From the human T2T-CHM13v2.0 reference genome, Homo sapiens, in NCBI RefSeq assembly GCF_009914755.1, contig NC_060936.1: a DNA stretch of 64,000 nt; one strand, given 5' to 3'. Position numbers and translations under genes: made by a program. Shown piece by piece: positions 14,551 to 25,990 of the stretch (the stretch's first letter is position 1; each line of letters starts with the position of its first letter). The notes beneath the pieces were generated by a model that did not search any database, was not told the DNA's origin, and saw nothing but the letters and a program-made list of their open reading frames with translations.

Positions 14551-15116
14551 CTGCCAGAGTCCAGGGTGGAGGCGCATTAGGCCTGCTGTTTGTGCTGGGC
14601 ATCTGGAGTTGGGCAGGGGTTTGGGGGCCACAGGACGGTCAAAGATGGCAGCTCACAGCAGTGAGTGTTTTCAATAGGAACGTAACTGAGCCAGTGCCAT
14701 GCTTCCATCATTGATTGAGGAGTCCTTTCCAAACCGGACTGTTTATAGCAACCGTCATCATACATATTATTACCTGACTTCTTTACCACCACATGTTCTG
14801 GGTGCTTTGATGATGTAATCTCACTCACCCTTACAGCAGGACTGTGTGGCACGGAGGAGCAGACTGAGAAACTGAGACACTGGGCAGGGAAAGGACTTAC
14901 TGAAGGCCACAGAGCAAGTCATAGTTCGTGGTGGGAAAGGGACCCAGGGGCACCAGTTGCTGCTCCCCTGCTCAGCACCTGCACTTCTTGGGCAGTGATG
15001 GAGGGGCCCCACCCCAGCTCTGGGCTTGGCTTGCCTGGAGAGAGGCTCCCATCACGGGGGAGGGAGTTTGCTCCTGGGGAACCTGTGATCCCCACAGGGA
15101 ACAGACCCAGGCTCAC

Positions 15117-15197
15117 CTTGTACCGGGGCGCCAGCTTCATCAGCTCTCTCAGGGCCACATCTGAGCCCACCACACCCAGGAGAATGCCATGGGATCG
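15117..15197 (-). CDS. CACNA2D4: CACNA2D4 exon 15 (81 nt), [27 protein letters not shown]
   Basis: Acceptor ttccag|CGA, donor AAG|GTGAGC. Confidence 0.96.
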
Positions 15198-15964
15198 CTG
15201 GAAGGAAAGACACAAGGGGTGGGGGAGACCCAGCTTCCCTGTGTACAAGGTTAGACTGGACCCTGGGCCTGTCCAGAGCCTGGAAGAGGAAGCCACTTAG
15301 GCTTTAAGTGGTTCTTCCTCTGCAATTAGATTCTAGGCTGGGAATAAAAATCTAGACTCTATCAGACGAGGTCCCAGGAGCAAAACCAGCTGCTAGGAAG
15401 ATTAATACCCAGTATTAATATTTAAGTTGTAATATTTAAATGGAATCCAAAGTTAAATGAAATATTAATCTTCACGGCACAGGGCGAAGTTATCGGGATC
15501 TCAGGGACCATAACTCACGGGGGCTCTGAAGCATACAGAGCCTGTAATGAAACATTTCCTGACCTGATGGAGGATGGAAGGCTCAAGAAATCCCCTCACC
15601 AGAGGCCTTTACAGACAAGTTAGAGTCTGCACAACCTGGCAGATTAAGCATGGCTTTGCAGGAAGGCTGACGGGAAACCTTCCGGTCTTATATCCCCAAG
15701 GCAGGGGTCCCAACTGCAGAGCAGTGAAGCTACTCCCAGCCAGCCTGCAGTCACTGGGGAAGCTGTGGAAAAGCACAGACCACCAGCCCACCTCCAACCA
15801 GGAGAGTCTGGGGTAGCTACTCTGGGACAGGCCTGGAAATCTGCATTCAAACCCTCCCAAGGTGGCTCAGAGGCACAGCCAAGTCAAGAATCACTGGTCT
15901 AAAGATGGCACTGAAGCCCCAGGTTCTAATCCCTGCTACAACGTCTCCAGGAGCGGCCACTCAC

Positions 15965-16042
15965 CGTTTCGTTCTTCTTGCTGAAGACTGGCATGGCCAC
16001 AGTGGTGAGCAGTGTCAGGCTCTGAGCCTGCGAGCTGAGGAG
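15965..16042 (-). CDS. CACNA2D4: CACNA2D4 exon 14 (78 nt), [26 protein letters not shown]
   Basis: Acceptor cttacag|CTC, donor ACG|GTGAGT. Confidence 0.95.
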
Positions 16043-19027
16043 CTGTAAGGGAGGGGAGAACAGGGGTCAGAAGGTGCGGCCTAGGGCCACTGGTTTGCCG
16101 CACTCGGAGCACCCAGTGCGGAGAACCCACAGTCACCACATCAATTATCCAGCGTCACCTTCCCACAGGAAGGAGGAAATCCCAAATGAGGATTCCCTTC
16201 TCTGCAAAAGGAGAGTTGGCAGGAATGCTGGGGGCCAGAAGTGGACTGGAGGGCAGGACCAGGCTGATGTCACTCAGCAGGGTCCTGAGCCCCATGACCC
16301 AGCCCCAAGCACATTCACTAAGCTCTCTCGTCTCAGCGAGGCCCAGGCCGAGTGTTAAGTGCAAACCCAGGAAACAGGCCCATCTGCGCCTGCCCAGAAA
16401 CAGAGAGGTTTTGCACAGCACGAGCTTTCCAGAAACCTCTGATATGGACTTAAGGTTGCTACAGGTGAGAGGGAGGACATTGACCCAGAGCTACCCAGAA
16501 ACACAAGCACACCCCGAGGCACTGCAGTGCAAAGGCAGGCCGTGGTGCAGCTGTGGTGGGCTTCGGGGCCGTTCCTAGGACACAGGTCAGACCCACATGG
16601 ACTCCACTCACAGCACCAGAGCCAAACCCTTGCCACCTCTAGACGGCTGTCCGCCCTGACTGGCTGGGCTCGCCGTGCCGGCTCCTCCAGCCACTTGAAA
16701 GGGGCTCTGCATGTGTGCCCCACTTTATAACAAAAGTAGGCTTCTGACAAGCATGTGGGAAGAGAGGTATCGTAAGTCCGACCTTGGATGAGATCAACTA
16801 AAGGGGACTGCTGAGTCATGGAAGTCCACAGTTGACTTTCTTGGAGAAGGAAGCACATTTTGGCCACCACGTCTCTTTCTCTCATCTCATCTGAGTTTTC
16901 AATTTAGAGTTAGAAGTAAGGCTTTCTGAGAGTGAACCACGATGACATCTAATTGTTTTCTGAGCTTGGACACATCTCTATGGGCTGCATGAGGGCTTTC
17001 CAGTCTCCTTCCTGAGTTAGGAATGCATGAAGCCAGCTTGTCCCTGGCTCCCAGAGAGCAGCTCCCAGGCTCTTGGAGGCCCCTGTGGCCTGCTCTCCCT
17101 AGGACATGTCTCAGTCTGGGAGGAGTCCAGTCACAGCTGTCCCTGCACTCATGTTTCTGGATACCCTTGCAAGGGCGGACACCTGCCCTGGGCTCAGGGG
17201 AGTGACATCCTCCACTCAGAGGGTTCCGAAGTGGGTCCGGGAGACCTGCAGGTGACCCTTAACTTCAGGGACTCCTAAGTCAGGGACAGGAGAGGGAAGG
17301 AGGAAGACAGAGGAGATGTAGGGACTGGTTGCAGGGGGCGGTTCTCACTGAGGGACAGGTGTAAAAGTGAAGATCAAACTGTGAACTGTGGCCTCGTCTG
17401 TGTGCGTGGAGGTAAGAGAGCGTCAGAAGGTCAGGCTGTCCATAGAATGCTAAGGACATCCTAGCACCGTCTGACATCAGTTGCAGCACACAGGGAACCT
17501 GGGGTTGCCTCTACCCACCTTCTGCCAAACTCACACCCAACACTCCAGGCCACCTTCAGCAGGTATGGCCTATGCCCGGCTTCTCTCATCGGATTTCATG
17601 GTTCTGAAAGCCTTCGCTTTCCAGCTCCCGTGGCATGACCACAACACTCCCAGGTGAGGGAGGCCCACACGGAGCACCGGAGCCCTGGCCCCTCCTGCTG
17701 GGCTGGCTACTGGCAGGCAGATGAATGCACGGGTGATGGAGAGGAAGTGCAGGTGCCAGGGTTCACAGGAAGACAGCTCAAAGAAGATCCCCTCCTGTCC
17801 TCCTTCTCCCCACCCACCTCTCTCTCATCAAACCTGGACACTCAGGGCCCTATGAACACTTGGACAAGGGAGGGAGAGCCCTGCCCAAAGGCAGCCAGCT
17901 CGTCTCTTCTCAGCAGCAGTCGGTGATGGTCAGATGACATCTGCTGAGCATGGCCGTGTTGGCGGAGCCCCTTTAAAGTAGATTAATGAGCTTTTCATCC
18001 CAAATTTGGCCAGATGGCTTATGTCTACTATTAACAGGTGGAGGTAAGTAAGCATGCCACTGCTTTTGGACATAGAGCAACTCAGAAGAAAGCTGACCAT
18101 TGCCTCGTTGCATTCCCAGCCTCCTTTGTCAGCACAGGGACTGAGTTCTGGCCAGTGAAAGGTGAATTCTGGGTTCTGGCAAGAGTCCCTGCAAGTTTCC
18201 CTCACAGGGGCGAAGTATCCCCCTTCCCCTTCCACAGCCTGATGCTTAAGTGTGGTTTCAGTTGACTCATGTTCCACCAGCCTCCTGAGCATGAGGATGA
18301 GGGCCACATGGCTGGGACAGCAAAGGGGACAGCAGGGAGGAGCCTGGGTCCCTGATGACCAGGCCAGAGAGCTCGTGGTCAGCTCTGGGCTTTGTTTACC
18401 CAAGGGGGACATTCACTTCTATCTTATTTAAGCCACTCTTTTCAGGTCTCTCTGGAGCCCAGCCTGATACATCATCACTGAAGCAGGTGGCTGCCTATGT
18501 GATGGGGATTTGAGAAATGGCAGAAAGGTCTCCCTTCCCCAGAAAGGTCCCATGTGAAGCTCTCCCTTTGATGTTCATTCTTTCGTGCAAGTCATTGCTG
18601 CCTACAGTCCTTTGAAAATGCAGGGACCCAGGAAGGGAGAACGTGTTCCAGCTGTGGGATGGTGGATTCTTGGTCTGACCCCTTTCTGTCCCGGGTGGGT
18701 GGGAGGGAGGGATGATGAGGGAGGCGAGGACTGTGGAGGAGGAGGAAGGAACAACTTCGGAGCAGGGACCCTGTCCGTGGAGAGCACCTCAGGCAGGTCT
18801 GCTGGGGGTCTAAGGCAGCATATGAGCAGTGGTCCCATTAGTGGGCCAAGGGCTGTCAGGAAAAGAGGAGGAAAAGCATGGAAAAGCGGCTTCATTCGCC
18901 CCTTCTTAATGTTCCCTAAGGAGGTGCTAGGCCCACCCCTTTCCTGACCCAGGAAGTAACTTCTTACTCCCTGGGGTCCCTAACTCTGAGGTGGGCTTCT
19001 CGAGCTGGGAGCTGCTGCCAGGCTCAC

Positions 19028-19161
19028 CTTGCTGTCCATGTAGGCCTCTGTCCAGATGATGTCGTGGTCGTGGTTGATGACCATGGGGCGGCTGAGCACG
19101 TGCAGGTATTCCATCACGTTCTCCTGGGTGTCCGCCAGCGTTGAGATCTGCGTGTAGTAGC
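19028..19161 (-). CDS. CACNA2D4: CACNA2D4 exon 13 (134 nt), [11 protein letters not shown]...WTEAYMDSK
   Basis: Acceptor cgcag|GC, donor AAG|GTGAGC. Confidence 0.96.
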
Positions 19162-20403
19162 CTGCGGTGGGGAAGGCCGCGTGGGTGTGGAAGGCAGGGC
19201 TTCCCTGGGAACCCCTCGCCAGGGCCTGCACCCTCCCCAGCTGCAGATGGCTCATAGCCGAATACTCTCTGGAAACTGGACCGGGGCACAGGGAGCTGCT
19301 TCCCCACAGTTGTGTCCTTTACCCAGGGGCAGCCGCAGGCCAGTGGGAGGCCAAGGCTCACTCTGCTGCACCCTGGAAGATCTCTGAGGGGCTGTCCCAC
19401 CCAGAGCTCCGGAAGGAGCAGCAGGGCCTGACGCAAGAGTGTTGGGGGTCAGCCTCTCCCTCTCCCAGCCTCGCCCTCCCACTTCCTCACAGGAACATCT
19501 CATGAGAGTGCCCTGTAAGCTTTCTTCTGCCACTCTTAGGTCTCTTCAGGGAACCCAATCAGAGGCAGAGATTTCTGCCTCTCCGCTCCTCCTTCCTCTG
19601 GTCCTTGTTCTTGCTCAGGTTGTGGGGTGGGTGTTACAGCCTATTCCCTGGAACCATGGTGACACTCCAAAGCGCAGATGGCGCAGAAGGCTGTGAATGG
19701 CCTCTCCACGCCCCCACCTCCCACCGTGTTCATCCCCCTCGCCAGTGAGATGCAGCACCTCTCTGCTCCCAGCAGGTCTCAGACCCTTTCAGCACACTGT
19801 TCCCTCTGTCTGGAACACCCTTCCAGTCGCCCCACTGACTTGGAGAGTGCCTCCCCCATGGCCCCCGGCACCCTGAACAGTCTATGTCTCTCCACCATCA
19901 AAGCACATTTCAGGCTGCATCGTGGGTGGTGTTTTACTTGTATGTCTCCCTGCTGGACAATACTGAGAGGTAGACCGACCCTGAGTCCATCCTGATCCCT
20001 CTTGGTCCCCTGGTGCCTGGAAATGGGGCCAGGTGCATAGTGGATGCTCAGTGAATTTTTGTTGAATCAATGGGGTCTGGTCAGAGATAGATGAGGACCA
20101 TTCACACACAAAACATTATTCCAGAGAAAACAGTGACCCTCTGCTTTTTGTCTGGGAGCAGAACCAGAGTCCATGGCTTACTTTGCTGAAAGAAAGAATG
20201 GGGGCAGGATGGAGACAGAGCTGACATTGTCTCACCTTGCTTTTTCCAAATATGAAGGAGGGACTGAGGCTGCTGTTCTTGACATAGCACTGCTCCTCTT
20301 AGGGGCCCATGGGGAAGCCCGTGCTCAGCACCTCCAGGGCTGGGTAACCCTGTCTCCTGTGCTCAGGTGCAGGTGGGAAGGTACCTGCTGGCCCGGCACT
20401 CAC

Positions 20404-20482
20404 CTTTGTTGTTGCATGCAATCCACTTCATGCGGTCAGCAAAAGACACTTCTCTCCCAATGAGGTAAGTGAAAACTCGGAC
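20404..20482 (-). CDS. CACNA2D4: CACNA2D4 exon 12 (79 nt), [26 protein letters not shown]
   Basis: Read by hand (absent from the ORF track); acceptor gttag|GTC, donor G|GTGAGT. Confidence 0.95.
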
Positions 20483-20928
20483 CTAACCCACAAGACACAG
20501 AGGCACTCAGCAGCAAAATTCCCGGCCATAAGTAATGTTAACATTGTTTATATGAGTCTTAGATGTTGGCCCCAGTGCCTCTCAGTCTTCGGGTTCTCCA
20601 ATTTCACCCCCTGAGGCCCAGGCAGCAACACAATTCGCCCAGGGCCATGGGGACTGCGGGTAGGTGCAAGGCTGAGATTTACAGCCTGGCAGTTCTGATG
20701 TCCCCAAACCATATTCTGGTCCCTTACCCCAAACTTCCTACATCAGGCCTCTGTGTCTCGGGTAGCCATAATTTTGGAACACTCAATTAAAATGCATCTG
20801 AAAGCAAGAATGGCTCTAATAGGAAAGCAGATTTGAATGGGGGCCATCCTTCTAGGGTCCCTGCTGGTGATCCCATCCATGGCAGCAGGAGAAGCTTTTT
20901 TCTCCCTGGACACCCGTGGGAGGGTCAC

Positions 20929-21042
20929 CTTACAGTCTGGCCAGTTATACTTCTCAAACACCGGCTCGTAGTCCTCCACGGCGCCGTCGCTGATGAGCAT
21001 GATGGCCTGGTTGCAGAGGCTTCCTTGCTTGGCCTCTTGGAA
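20929..21042 (-). CDS. CACNA2D4: CACNA2D4 exon 11 (114 nt), [20 protein letters not shown]...NWPDCK
   Basis: Acceptor acacag|TTC, donor AAG|GTGACC. Confidence 0.96.
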
Positions 21043-21147
21043 CTGTGTAGGGAAGAGGAGTGCCCATGACCACAGGCCAAGCCCACCCCCCTCCACCTGC
21101 CGCCTTCCTCCCAGTCCTCCCCTCCCAGGCCTCATTACAGTGGGCAC

Positions 21148-21237
21148 CTGCTTCAGGATCTGGAAGGCTTCTCTCAGGGCTTGGTCCACGACCCCCACAC
21201 CTTTGACCATCAACTCCTCCACCAGCAGTTTGAAATG
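21148..21237 (-). CDS. CACNA2D4: CACNA2D4 exon 10 (90 nt), [30 protein letters not shown]
   Basis: Acceptor ggcag|CAT, donor CAG|GTGCCC. Confidence 0.95.
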
Positions 21238-22125
21238 CTGCCATGGGTGAGATATTAGAGAAGCATCAGGGGGTTGAGTGGGCCAGTGGAGCTTCATGTT
21301 TGGTGTTAATTTGGGAGGCTGTTTAGGGCCATCCAGAAGGACATGATTTCAGGGCCTGTGTCTCCATGATGCAGTTCATGGACTGGTCCTCTACAATAGG
21401 TGTTTCTCAAATGTCCCCAAGATAAACTGAGAGAGGGGAAATGACTTGGTACACATCCATGGCCACTATTGATGGGAAACGCCAAGTGTGAAGCTGAGTA
21501 CAGGGGGAGGACAGTTCTGGGATGGAGGCAGGGTAACCTCGGCTCCCAGACCACAGCCCGCAGCCCGCAGCCCAGGGGTGCACACTTCACAGCAGAAAGT
21601 GTGGAGGTGCCCAGGGCAGAGGCCCGGCTTCAAGAGGAACTCAAACCCCAACTCCTCCATCACAGAGGGAGGAATCTATGATGTGCAAAAGCTCTCTTTA
21701 AAAAATTATTGCCATGTCCTCTCCTCCTTGGTCTTTTACCAGAGGAAAGGATGACACTCAATGAAGTTTAAATTTGTCCTCCTTTTGGGGAAGCTTCTCA
21801 TGAAAACTGACATAATGGAAAGGTCCAGGTGGGAGGCAAAAGGGGAAATTGAGTCCTATATAATCCACAGGGTGAAAAACCAGTCCTGAATAAGGAAGGT
21901 TCCCTTTGCTATGAGGTCTCTATCTGCTCACTGTTTGCTCTGATAAGCAGCAGTGTGTTTACAGGGCGGTTCCCTGGGTTGTTTGCATGGGTAACGTGCT
22001 CTGCTCTCATTCCAGGTGCCATGGGAATAAGCAAAAGGGGCCACAGAAACAGTCTACAGAGACAACCGCCCACCATCCAGACAAGAGCAGGGGCTTGGAA
22101 GTCTCAGGCCACCGTGGACACTCAC

Positions 22126-22200
22126 CTCTCGATTGTCTCGGTCCGCCTGGACGAGGATCCCTTTAAAACAAGGCTCGATGTAATGGACGTAGTCATTGTA
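22126..22200 (-). CDS. CACNA2D4: CACNA2D4 exon 9 (75 nt), [25 protein letters not shown]
   Basis: Acceptor ctgcag|TAC, donor GAG|GTGAGT. Confidence 0.96.
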
Positions 22201-22383
22201 CTGCAGTTGCAGTGAGTTGAGGGGAGGTGGGGGGAGAATAAACAGCATCAGGTTGCAAAGTCCAGGCCCAGCAAAGACACTCATGCAGGTCACCGGGTGG
22301 TCAGGGGTTGTGGGTCACCTTGGTACCTGTGTATGATTTCTAGAGCAAGTGAGAGCTATTCTAGAACAGGAAGGCACATTTAC

Positions 22384-22534
22384 CGCTATGATATTAACGA
22401 AGTCATTCTCCCCCAGGGTGTCCAAGATGGTGGTGATGGTGTGCTTGGCAATAGTCATCCTCAGCCCCTTCATACTGCCGCTCACGTCCACCAAAATCAC
22501 TATGTCCTTGGGAGAAGTAGCAGCTTGAATGTAC
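22384..22534 (-). CDS. CACNA2D4: CACNA2D4 exon 8 (151 nt), [23 protein letters not shown]...ENDFVNIIA (start of VWA domain, DxSxS)
   Basis: Acceptor cttcag|G, donor GCG|GTAAAT. Confidence 0.96.
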
Positions 22535-23169
22535 CTGAAGGAAGAAAGGGACATGCCCAAGATGGGAAAACCAAAGCCGGAACCAATACCTGACCAAGGG
22601 GTCTGCAGTTATTTCTCTTCAGATGCTGGCTCGAGCCCACCCAAAGTTCAGGGCAACCCATCTATGCCAGGTTTCACATGTTCCATAACCACTCGACACA
22701 GTGCTGAAGCCATCTGGGGTGGCAGTGGTTGGGGATGTGCCACCTAACAGGCCAGGTCAAGCCCTGGAGGTAACGCTTGTTCCTTTTGATTTAGACCAAC
22801 CGGGGTCCCTGAGGGGCTGGCAGCAGAAAGGGAGAGAGCTGGGCTTCAGATTCTGTTACCAACTTGCCACAAAAGGGGTGTGGAAGGAGAGGAGAGCCTA
22901 ACAAAAGGTTGACGTGGAGACAGCTCAGTGTCCTGGCAGGAGGTTTAGGTTGGGAAAGACAAACATGATCAGTCCTGGAGCAAGGCAATTGTAGAGGGAA
23001 GGGAGGAATGCTGGCCCTCTTCCTGCTCTTGTGTCGGGCTAGGGTTCTACACACCCAAGGCCCTTGAGTGGCGGTGGGGGAAGGGGCGGAAGTGGAGGAG
23101 GATGAGGCAAAACCCAAAAGCTATGAGATAAATACCCGGGCCGCAAACCTTTCCCCTGTGAGCTCTTAC

Positions 23170-23230
23170 CAGCCGCGGTTTCGGCAGTCAAAAGTAATGA
23201 CTCCATTCTCATCAGGTGTCCATTTTATAC
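23170..23230 (-). CDS. CACNA2D4: CACNA2D4 exon 7 (61 nt), [21 protein letters not shown]
   Basis: Acceptor cccag|GT, donor TG|GTAAGA. Confidence 0.96.
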
Positions 23231-24699
23231 CTGGGAGAATAAAGACTCGTTCTTTTACTAGCTTGGTGAGGCCACCCCAGATCCCCTGGCTGGGTGTGGA
23301 CCCCCAAGATGGCCATGATCCCCAGGGCAGAACAGCTTTGGAGCTAGGGAACAGGGTGGGGAACACTGGGACATGCCCTGTAGACTGAGACAAGCTGGCA
23401 AGGAGACATCTACCAGCCAAACTGCCCAGATGCAGAGCTGGGGGTAATTTCACAGGTAGGACCACATAGGTGGTGCCTGGGACTCATTTGTGAGGCAAAA
23501 CCTCATATCAAATAGTGGAGGGGGAAGCTTTGGAGAAGTGTGACTTTTAACATCCATTACCATCCAGCAAAGTGTGGACAAAATGTTGAAAAAGGCAAGT
23601 GCTCTGACTTCTAACACACTTGCCTCTAGGTGTTAAGCTCATTAGCACTCAGGATCCTTCCTGTTGGCTGGGATGGGAGAAATGATTTGGCTCTATGACT
23701 GTAGGCTCTTTGAGGTCAGGGATTCCTAGAACCCAGCAGAGTATATGCTTAATAAATGTCTGTTACTTGAATGAAAGGACAAATGAATGGATATGAAAGA
23801 TCTTGCGTTGACCCAGTAGCAGAATGCTGGTGTAGATTTTTATCCTATCCACCTAATAAAAAAATTTGTATAGATGCACAGAAAACACTGACATGATCCA
23901 CAATAGAATCTCGATTTGAAAAGACTTTATGATTGGGAATAGTGGGTTTAAAAGAAGAAGAGTAAAAATAACAGGTGGAATTGCAATATGTTGTGATTGG
24001 GATAGACAAAATGATTGTAGCAGTATTATGAATGTCTAGAAGCTCCAAGGGCCCTTCCTCCTCCACAGTGGTTAGACTTCAGATGACATACACCCTTTGA
24101 GGCATTGCTGGCATCTCAAAGGTAGGAGAGGTTGTCAGAGACCATGATCTCAAAACCAAACAAATGAGAACAGAGCCCCAGGCGTGAGGCATATGTGTGA
24201 GGTCAGCTAGCACCCAAAGCCTTGAAGGTGGGAAGCAGAGCCATGGGAGTGTGGTGTGATGGGAGCTTGAGTACCACTGGTCTGACCTAGTCTTGCAGGC
24301 AGTCATGGGAGGTAGGGCTTTCCTGAGGCCGCATTCTTACAGCAACATGGTCATGGGGAATTTGATCCTTAGAACAGCAATGAGGAGGAGAAGCTGAGTC
24401 TGAGATTACTGGCTCTTAACCAAAATCTTCGAAGAGGACTTTGGAGGTCCTGGATGAGGGTACCCTCAAGTCCAAGCGGAAACAGAAGCGAATTTTCTTG
24501 TGGATTCCCAACTCAGACCCACTGGACTCTGAAGAGGACAAGCAGCATGGCCTCACAAGCAAAGATTCCCAAATACATAAGGAGCAGACCCCTATTAGTG
24601 GGAGGCAGCAGACTCAAGAGCTACCTCAAGAGCTGGATATAGCTTCTCAAGAATTACAGATGTTGGAATGGCCAAATACCAAACACAAACTAGGTAGGT

Positions 24700-25990
24700 A
24701 TGAGAAGAACACATAATACAAATAACATACAAGAAATGACCAGGAATGAAGAAACAGCCTTGCAAATATGAAGCTTTCGGAGATGAAAAAATGTATAGGT
24801 TGAAAAAAATAAATTAAATGGATAGTGCTTTATTCATGGGTAAAAAGAAAATGCATACATTTGTGGATGTATCCAGAGTTCTACTGAGGCTGGAATGAGA
24901 AGGTTTAATACACATCTGATTGGAGTCACAGAAAGAGAAAAGGGAGAGCATGGAGGAAAGGTGATGGTTAAAGAGATGATACTGGCAAATATTCTAGAAC
25001 TGATTAAAAATCCAATTCCACAGATCTAGGAAGCACAGTGTATCCCAAACAGCATGAATAAAAAGATATCCACATATAGACACATAGTATTGGAACTGCA
25101 GAACTTCGAAGGCAAATAAATAAATAAACAAATACCACGAAGGCAGCCAGAAAGCCCACGACACCTACAAAGGAAGAGCAGTTAAACTGGTAGATTTTCC
25201 CAACATCAATGAAAGCCAGAAGACAGTGGATAAACAGTTTTAAGATGTTGAGAGAATAGAATTATTGATTTAGAATTGCATTGTCAGCAAAACTATCATT
25301 CAAGAATGAGGATAAAAGGAAACATTTGTAGATAAACACAATCTAAAGCAGTTTATACTGAAGTCCCCACTGTAAAGGAACTTCTGGAGGACTTACTTTA
25401 AGAAGAAGGGGAATGATATGGGAAAAACATCCTCACATGCATGAGGGAATGGTGAACAAATAAAACGGTAAATAAGTCATTAATTCCAAGTAAGTGATGT
25501 TTATATCAAATAACAATACTTGTGTGTCTGATTTGTGGGGATGAAAAATTTGAAATATTGACAATAGAATGGAAGTCTAGAATAAAGAGATGGAAGCACA
25601 AAAGTTCTAAAGGCCTTTGTTGACTGAGTAGAGAGCAAAAATATTATTTAATTTTAATTTTTTATTTTTAGAGATGGGATCCTGCTATATTGCCCAGGAT
25701 GGTCCTGAACTCCTGGGCAAGGGAACCTCCTGCCTCAGCCGCCCCCCCCAGTAGCTGGAACTATAGGTACAAACCAAGTTCCCAGCTTAATTTTAAAATG
25801 TTATTGTATTAAATATGCCTGATAAGACTTCAGGGGTAATAACTGAAAGAATAAAAACAAGGGGACAAGTTCTAAAGTGCTAGAGAGAAAAAAAGTTATA
25901 TTGGGGAAATTTATTTTTTAAATGTTAAGTATTTAAAAAGGAAAAAAGGAGAAAAAGAAAATATAAAAACACCAGGACAAGTAAAAATTT
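24700..25990 (+). mobile_element. Old L1 ORF1-region fragment (host of the nested L1), with a short Alu monomer at ~25665-25788
   Basis: Degenerate ORF1-like sequence (e.g. gcaaaactatcattcaagaatgagg); the host resumes at ORF2-start-like sequence after 33710. Confidence 0.65.
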
